Below, in pieces: positions 46,936 through 52,657 of a stretch of 52,657 nucleotides of DNA. The DNA comes from an uncultured bacterium (lineage in GTDB: Bacteria > Lernaellota > Lernaellaia > Lernaellales > Lernaellaceae): NCBI GenBank assembly GCA_964534375.1, contig CAZHPN010000016.1, positions 1 to 52,657 on the forward strand, given 5' to 3'. Position numbers and translations under genes: made by a program. Below the pieces are notes generated by a model that worked only from the letters and a program-made list of their open reading frames with translations, was not told the origin of the DNA and did no database searches. The number at the start of each line of letters is the position of its first letter. Position 1 is the stretch's first letter.

Positions 46936-48834
46936 TTATTCCAGGGCCTGCGAGACCGTCTCCCACGGCAACCGCATCAGCCCGCGGTCGAAACCGAGCC
47001 ACAAGCCGTCCGGCGCGCCCGCGAGCGCGGTGACGTTCGGCGACAGCAACGGTTGTTCGAGGAAGACCCAGCGCCGCCCGTCGCGGCTGACGGCGACGCC
47101 GCGGGTCAATGTACCAAATAAATAGTAACCGCCATAGTGCAACGCCGCCTCCGGATTCACCGAAATTCCCGCCGTGCCGGCGAGCGGCCGCGCCGGGCCG
47201 TCGCCTTCAACGACCGCCAATCCGCCGCCGTACGTGCCGATCAGCAGGCGGTCGCCGTCGGCCAGCAGCGCGTTGACCCAGTTGTGCGGCAGGCCGTCCT
47301 GCGGCGCCGCGAGATTGCGCAGCGGCGTCAGGCCGTCGGGCCCGCCGACGAGGCTCAGCCCGGCGAGCCCGCCGACGGCGAGGTTCCGGCCCCAGCGCGT
47401 CAGGCAATACAAATGATTGCCGGCCAGCCCGTGGAAGGCGTCGATAGCGCGCACGCGGCCGGGCGCCAGTTGCGCCAGCCCCGCGCTGGTGGCGACCGTG
47501 GCGCCGTCGCCGTCGGCGAGCACCGACGCGACGTAGCGATGCGGCAGGCCGTCGCGGTCGGTCCAGCGTTTGCGAACGCTAAGCGCGCCGTCTAGTTGAA
47601 ACAGGCCGTTGGTCGTCGCAACCCAGACGCGGTCGCCGTCCGCGACGATCCGGTTGACGCCCAGGTTTGCCAGCGCGGCGGGCGCCGCCGGCGGCCGATC
47701 GGGCGTCAGCCGCTGCAAGCCGTGGTTCAGGCCGCCGGCCAGCACGTCGCCATTGGGCAGCGCCGCCAGCGCCGTGACGTACGGCTCGGCGAGCGGTTTG
47801 AGCGCTTCCGCGCCCGCGGCCCGGCGGGGCGGACCGGCGCCGTCGAGCAGCCAGAGGCCGTCGTCGGTCGCCGCCAGCAGCGTCGCGCCGGCCGCGCGCA
47901 GGCGGTGAATCGGCGCGCCGAGCGGCCAGCGGCGGTCGCCGGCCAGGTTGCGCAGTTGGCCGTCGGGCCCGCCGACCCACACGTCGGTGTCCCAGCGGGC
48001 CGCCGCCGAAACCGCGGATCCGGCCAGCAGTTGCGTCGCCCCGAGGCGATCCACCCGCCACAAGCCGTCCGGCACGCCGACCAGCAGCGCCGGCTCGTCG
48101 GCGACCAGCGCCAGGATCAACCCCTGGTTCGCCGCGCTCGGCCACAACGATTGCCGGCGCGCCGCCTCGCCCTTGCCCTCGATCAACCACAGATCGCCGC
48201 GCAAGGCGCCGACGGCCGGCCGGCCGCCCAACGTCGCGAGGCACGCGGCCGGCGCCGGCGGCGTCTGCGCGTACAGCCAGAACCGGTCGCCGGCGAATTG
48301 CAAGATGCGGCCTTTTTCATCCAGGACCCAAATTTGGCCGCCGCTTTCGGCCAGGTCGACCAGGCGGGCGCCGTCGGCGGGCGCGTAGCGATCCACCGCG
48401 GGGCGCAGCGACGGCGACGACCAATCGGCGCGAACGACCAGCAGGCCTTCGGGCGCCAGGCCGGCAACGGCGTCGCCCAGCGCGGTCAAGCGAAGCAGCG
48501 CCGACGCCGGCAAACCGTTCGCGCGATGGAACGCCTCCGCCCCAGCATTGGAGAGCGATGCCAAGCCCGCGTCGCCGGCGAGCAAGAAACGCCCCGCCGC
48601 CGGCAACGCATCGCGCACGCCGGCGGCGAACGGGAAGGTCCGGACGCCGGCCAGCGTCGCCGCGGGCAATTGGCGGCTGACCCGGCGCGTCGCAATCGGC
48701 TTCAACGACGGGTCCAAGATGCGGCGATATTGGCCGGTTGCGCGCCGGGCGATGAACAGCGCGTAACCGCCGGAAATTAGTACAAAAATTAGAGCAATTC
48801 CGCCGGCAAACTGCCATTTTCGGCCTGGTTTCAT
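46936..48834 (-). CDS. Membrane-anchored beta-propeller protein (two-component regulator propeller / ligand-binding sensor-like repeats)
   Basis: TM near the N-terminus and repeats GLP.N.V.AL..DG..L.IGT.GGL. Confidence 0.85.
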   Translation of the reverse strand: MKPGRKWQFAGGIALIFVLISGGYALFIARRATGQYRRILDPSLKPIATRRVSRQLPAATLAGVRTFPFAAGVRDALPAAGRFLLAGDAGLASLSNAGAEAFHRANGLPASALLRLTALGDAVAGLAPEGLLVVRADWSSPSLRPAVDRYAPADGARLVDLAESGGQIWVLDEKGRILQFAGDRFWLYAQTPPAPAACLATLGGRPAVGALRGDLWLIEGKGEAARRQSLWPSAANQGLILALVADEPALLVGVPDGLWRVDRLGATQLLAGSAVSAAARWDTDVWVGGPDGQLRNLAGDRRWPLGAPIHRLRAAGATLLAATDDGLWLLDGAGPPRRAAGAEALKPLAEPYVTALAALPNGDVLAGGLNHGLQRLTPDRPPAAPAALANLGVNRIVADGDRVWVATTNGLFQLDGALSVRKRWTDRDGLPHRYVASVLADGDGATVATSAGLAQLAPGRVRAIDAFHGLAGNHLYCLTRWGRNLAVGGLAGLSLVGGPDGLTPLRNLAAPQDGLPHNWVNALLADGDRLLIGTYGGGLAVVEGDGPARPLAGTAGISVNPEAALHYGGYYLFGTLTRGVAVSRDGRRWVFLEQPLLSPNVTALAGAPDGLWLGFDRGLMRLPWETVSQALE

Positions 48835-48901
48835 GACGGCTCCGCGTCGCGGATATTTGGAGATATTGCGCAAAGATTATAACGCATCGCACAAATTTTT
48901 G

Positions 48902-48930
48902 TTGAAAAGATCATTCAGTTTTGGTATGTT
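48902..48930 (+). promoter_or_regulatory. Putative sigma70 promoter
   Basis: TTGAAA-17 nt-TATGTT with extended -10 TG, in an AT-rich divergent region. Confidence 0.5.
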
Positions 48931-48974
48931 CGCGGCCCCACAAGAAAAAAACTTGGGGCCTTGGGGGATCGAAC

Positions 48975-49331
48975 ATGGGCAAAATCGTTTCCGACAGCGA
49001 CACGCTTGCAATTGAATTGAAACGGCTGCTCGAGTTGAACGCCAGCGAACGCGTGAGCCGCAACCGCTGCTTCGACAAGTTCTCGACGCCGTTCGGCCGC
49101 CGGCTGTTCGCCTACTACCGCACCTGCATGTCCCTCAAGAAAGAGATCGAGGATCCGAAGCGCGATCACCGCATTCGGATGCACAAGAACAAGGGCGAGC
49201 AGTTCACGCTGGAAATCATCAACGAGCCCATTTCGTATCGGCGCACCGCCACGTTGCCCAACGAAGTGCGCGGTTTCTTCGAGACTGTCATTCGCGACAA
49301 CGTCAAAGGCGTGCCCCCGCGCCAGAACTGA
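48975..49331 (+). CDS. Small basic hypothetical protein
   Basis: GGGGA RBS, ATG and coding-like codon usage; no motif recognised. Confidence 0.75.
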   Translation: MGKIVSDSDTLAIELKRLLELNASERVSRNRCFDKFSTPFGRRLFAYYRTCMSLKKEIEDPKRDHRIRMHKNKGEQFTLEIINEPISYRRTATLPNEVRGFFETVIRDNVKGVPPRQN

Positions 49332-49543
49332 AGTTCGGAATCCGCCCGCTCCGTTATTCGCCGCCCGCCGCCTGAATGACACGCCGCAACTGCGTCTGGT
49401 GCTCGTCGTCGAGCGCCGGCGAGGCCAGCACAAGCGATAAATCGTGCGGGCCTGTTTCCGATCGCCGCGGACGATCTCCAGGTCGACGAAGAAGCGGGGC
49501 AGACTGTGGTCTGCCGATCCTATACGACTGTTTGACGGGGTCG

Positions 49544-51004
49544 TCAGGCAGGCGGCAGACCCGTCCGCGGTGCGAAGCTCGGCGTCTGCGGCTTGAAATT
49601 CGCATCGCGCAACGCGATCTGGCCCTGACGCGCGAGGTCCATCGCAGAACCCAGGAGACGGGCCGTTTCCTGCGGGGCGTGGAAGCCGACCGAATTCTCG
49701 GCCTCGACCATGTCGAAAAGAAATTGCGCCTTGCGCTGCATGGCGCGGGCCACGGCCAATTGGTCGTCGGGCCGGCCGGCGTCGCGCGCCGTTTTGAGAT
49801 CGCCGATCAGCGCGACCAACGCGTCGAGCGCCTGGTTGCGCGCCGCGAAAAACCGCTCTTGAATCTCCTCGGCCCGCGCCTTGATTTCGGGCTCGGGGAC
49901 GCGGTGGCAGGTTTGGCACGCATTGTTGATATTCAGCAGCGGGCTGCGCACGTGATGGTCGCTGATCTTGAGCGCGCCCTCGCGCACATACGGCATGTGG
50001 CAATCGGCGCAGGCGACGCCGGCCCGGGCGTGAATGCCCTGCGACCAGATTTCGAATTCCGGATGCCGGGCCTTCAGCAACGGCGCGCCCGTGTCGGCGT
50101 GCACCCAATCTTTGAAGTCGATGTCTTCGTAGCAGTCGAGGATTTGATCGACCCGCAGACCCTTGGCCCACGGGTAGCGCAGGCGTTTCTCCGGGCCTTC
50201 GAAATAGTAATCGACGTGGCATTGCGCGCAAACGTACGTGCGCATTTCCTGCCGCGTCGCCGTCGCGTTGACGTCGTAATTCGCCACGCCCTGCGACGCC
50301 TTGAAAGCGCGAATGCCTTCGATGAACGCCGGGCGCGTGATGCGCAGCTGCATCGTCTTGGGATCGTGGCAATCGATGCACGCAATGGGGTGCGTGACGT
50401 GCTGGCGGGCCTCGAAATAGGGCATCGCGTTGATCTTCGCAAAACCTTTGTCGATGTCGCCGTCGCCCAGTTCCCGGTACGCCTTCGTCATCGAGGCGTG
50501 GCAATTCAGGCACGCGCCGGGCTGTTTCGCGACCCGTTGCCGCTCGGTGTACATCTGATCGTCGAGCATGTAGGCATGACCGCGACGTTCGCGATAATCC
50601 TTGGCGAACGCATAACCGGCCCAGATGATCTTCAGCCGCGGATCGCGTTCGAGTTTGGAGCGCGCGACGACCGAGCGCGGGTCGGCCTGGTCGGGCGTGC
50701 GCGGCAGGGCCTCGCTGCCGCCGAAACGCGTGCGCACCATGTCGACGGTGCGGCGGTAGCGGTCGAATTGGAACGGAAAATTTTTGCCCCAGATCGCCGG
50801 GTCGTCAGTCTCCTCGGTCAGCTCGACAACGCGAAAAAACGGACTTTTCGCCTGCTGCTTCTTTTCCATGATGTCGATCAGCAGGTAGGCCGAAAGGGCC
50901 GCGGCCGCGGCGGCGATCAGGCCGAAGGCGATCATCGCGGCGAAAAACCGCCGCCGGGTCACGAAGCCCGGACTTGCGCCGCCGCTTGGTTGGGTCTGAT
51001 TCAT
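49544..51004 (-). CDS. nrfA: Ammonia-forming cytochrome c nitrite reductase NrfA (CXXCH first-heme variant)
   Basis: WAGY.F..DY...RGH.Y, five heme motifs (CLNCH, CIDCH, CAQCH, CADCH, CQTCH), KARHPEFE, AENS.GFHAP. Confidence 0.95.
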   Translation of the reverse strand: MNQTQPSGGASPGFVTRRRFFAAMIAFGLIAAAAAALSAYLLIDIMEKKQQAKSPFFRVVELTEETDDPAIWGKNFPFQFDRYRRTVDMVRTRFGGSEALPRTPDQADPRSVVARSKLERDPRLKIIWAGYAFAKDYRERRGHAYMLDDQMYTERQRVAKQPGACLNCHASMTKAYRELGDGDIDKGFAKINAMPYFEARQHVTHPIACIDCHDPKTMQLRITRPAFIEGIRAFKASQGVANYDVNATATRQEMRTYVCAQCHVDYYFEGPEKRLRYPWAKGLRVDQILDCYEDIDFKDWVHADTGAPLLKARHPEFEIWSQGIHARAGVACADCHMPYVREGALKISDHHVRSPLLNINNACQTCHRVPEPEIKARAEEIQERFFAARNQALDALVALIGDLKTARDAGRPDDQLAVARAMQRKAQFLFDMVEAENSVGFHAPQETARLLGSAMDLARQGQIALRDANFKPQTPSFAPRTGLPPA

Positions 51005-51047
51005 CGGCAATCTCCTTCGCCCGGACCGCACCGTCGCCGGGCATTTA

Positions 51048-51524
51048 TCATTCGAGATGTCCCACCGAGGCGTGGCAGCGAATGCACTCGAGTTTCATGT
51101 GAAAGCCCGGCGCCGCGTCGATGGCCTGGACGATCGACTGGTGGCAGAAGCGGCACTGGCGCTCCGTCACCGCGTGGTTGATCGGCGTGATGGTCAAAAC
51201 GTCGGGGTAGCGGCCCGACGTGAACGCCTTCGTGTGGCGATAGCCGTTGTAAGCCTTGAGGGCCATCTGGGCGGCGAAGTTGTGCGGCATGTGGCAATCG
51301 ACGCAGACGGCGACGGCGTGGTGGCTCGACCGCGACCAGGCGTCGAAATGGCCTTGCATGACGTGGCAGTTGGCGCAAACCTCGGGCTCGTGGCGGAAAT
51401 ACGAAAGGCCTTTGGCGTAGACGAAGGTGAAGCCGACGAGGCCGGCTGCGACGCCGATGGTCAGGCTGATAGCCAAGCCGGCGAAGAGCGTTCGTCGCGA
51501 GCGCGTAAGCCGCGTGCCGGGCAT
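51048..51524 (-). CDS. nrfH: Cytochrome c nitrite reductase small subunit NrfH (NapC/NirT family)
   Basis: N-terminal TM and four CXXCH motifs (CANCH, CVDCH, CRFCH, CIRCH). Confidence 0.95.
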   Translation of the reverse strand: MPGTRLTRSRRTLFAGLAISLTIGVAAGLVGFTFVYAKGLSYFRHEPEVCANCHVMQGHFDAWSRSSHHAVAVCVDCHMPHNFAAQMALKAYNGYRHTKAFTSGRYPDVLTITPINHAVTERQCRFCHQSIVQAIDAAPGFHMKLECIRCHASVGHLE

Positions 51525-51617
51525 CGGTTCGCGTCCTTTCCGGGGGCGTCGAAGGCAGTCGCACGACCGACGTGACGCCTGTTCACTATTGGTTTGCGCC
51601 GGGGGCTTGTCAAGCGG

Positions 51618-51643
51618 AATTATCGTACTACTATACGATTATT
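51618..51643. promoter_or_regulatory. Imperfect palindrome, candidate Rrf2 operator between nrfH and the Rrf2 gene
   Basis: AAT-T-ATCGTA-CTACTA-TACGAT-T-ATT. Confidence 0.55.
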
Positions 51644-51654
51644 GAGGAGGCCCG

Positions 51655-52074
51655 ATGACCGACATCTTCCGCATTTCCGAGGCCGCGTCGCTCGGCCTGC
51701 ACGCGATGGCGCTGCTGGCCGCGCGTTCGCCCGACAAGCTGACGACGCCGGCGATCGCCGAGCGGCTGGGCGCGTCGCCGCACCATTTGGCGAAGGTGAT
51801 GCAGCGGCTGGTGCGCGCCGGCCTGCTCGGCTCGACGCGCGGCGTCGGCGGCGGGTTTCACCTGCTGCGGCCGGCGGACCGGATCTCGCTGCTCGAAGTT
51901 TACGAGGCGGTCGAGGGGACGATGGAGCAGCGCGCCTGCCTGCTGGGCGCCCGGCCGCTGTGCCCGAAAGGCCGCTGCCTGCTCGGCGGCCTGAACGTGA
52001 AGTTGCATCGGCAGGCGCGCGCCTATTTCCAGAAGGCGAAACTGTCGGACGCACAACGAGCATTCACTAGCTGA
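51655..52074 (+). CDS. Rrf2-family transcriptional regulator
   Basis: IAERL.AS..HLAKVMQRL..AGL..STRG..GGF.L..PA..ISLLEVYEAVEG, three Cys (C-x7-C-x4-C), GAGGAGG RBS. Confidence 0.95.
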   Translation: MTDIFRISEAASLGLHAMALLAARSPDKLTTPAIAERLGASPHHLAKVMQRLVRAGLLGSTRGVGGGFHLLRPADRISLLEVYEAVEGTMEQRACLLGARPLCPKGRCLLGGLNVKLHRQARAYFQKAKLSDAQRAFTS

Positions 52075-52167
52075 GAGGCTGAAAGACTGAAAGGTCGCGC
52101 GGCGCCGCGGACGCGGCGGCCCAGCTTTCCGGCCGTCCGACCTCTCGGTCTCTCAGTCTCCCAGCCT
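52071..52167. repeat. Inverted pair of 8-mer arrays between convergent genes
   Basis: ctgagaggctgaaagactgaaagg versus cctctcggtctctcagtctcccagcctc. Confidence 0.65.
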
Positions 52168-52656
52168 CTATTTTTTCCGAACGAGTCGTTTGAACACTAA
52201 TTGGCTGATCGCGCGCAGCGTCTCGACGACGCCTTCGCCGGTCTTGGCGTTGGCGGCGAAGGCGGGCTTGCCGTCGGCGTTGAGCAGTTGGCCGATCTCG
52301 GCGAGCGGCAGGCTGGTCGCGAAGTCGCGCATGTTGAACTGCACGACGGCGGGGATGCGGTCGGGTTCGACGCCGTCGTCGCGCAGATGGCGGCGCAGAT
52401 TCTCCAGGCTTTCCATGTTTTCGTCGAGGCGTTCGCGGCGGGAATCGGCGACGAAGACCAGGCCGTCGACGCCCTTGAGCAGCAGCCGGCGGTTGCTGTC
52501 GAAAAAAAGGTCGCCGGGCAGGGCGTACAAATGCAGCCGCGTGTCGAAGCCGCGGATGCGGCCGAGGAACAGCGGCAGAAAATCGAAGTAGCTGGTGCGC
52601 TCGTCGTCGCCGGCGAGGCAGAGCAGTTCGCCGCGCTTGTCCGGCGGCGTGCGGCG
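52168..52656 (-). CDS. MglA-like small GTPase paralog, 5' end outside the window
   Basis: ERTSYFDFLPL.LG.IRGF.TRLHLYALPGD..F...R.LLLKGVDG.VFVADS...N.ESLENL...QFNMRD...A.TGEGV.ETL. Confidence 0.9.
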   Translation of the reverse strand, partial: RRTPPDKRGELLCLAGDDERTSYFDFLPLFLGRIRGFDTRLHLYALPGDLFFDSNRRLLLKGVDGLVFVADSRRERLDENMESLENLRRHLRDDGVEPDRIPAVVQFNMRDFATSLPLAEIGQLLNADGKPAFAANAKTGEGVVETLRAISQLVFKRLVRKK

Positions 52657-52657
52657 G

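Overview
High-GC bacterial chromosomal segment. An MglA-like GTPase, nrfHA, a myxobacteria-like ParA and Asp/Asn-rich lipoproteins suggest a deltaproteobacterial-type lineage (inference only). It carries about 40 real genes: a DUF721/DciA-like gene, five GT-C (ArnT/PMT-like) membrane glycosyltransferase genes, several lipoproteins, a DUF62 SAM hydrolase, ispA, an MBL hydrolase, tRNA-Leu(TAG), a tandem-SCP2 protein with a FumI-like class III aminotransferase, a HAD phosphatase, Spy/CpxP and TolC. A yceD-rpmF-fabD-(fabG remnant)-acpP-ACP-like-double LpxL cluster and a ParA follow. A 13.7-kb minus-strand envelope operon (beta-propeller, VIT-vWA, 2433-aa TPR protein, hypothetical) is interrupted by a GxxExxY nuclease-fold gene bracketed by perfect 30-bp inverted repeats. 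The window ends with nrfHA (CXXCH-type NrfA), a divergent Rrf2 regulator and a catalytically altered MglA paralog. Intergenic regions, and some gene 5' ends, hold many short 7-10-nt tandem arrays and REP-like palindromes, often in inverted pairs. Family calls come from motif recognition by eye; no database searches were run.
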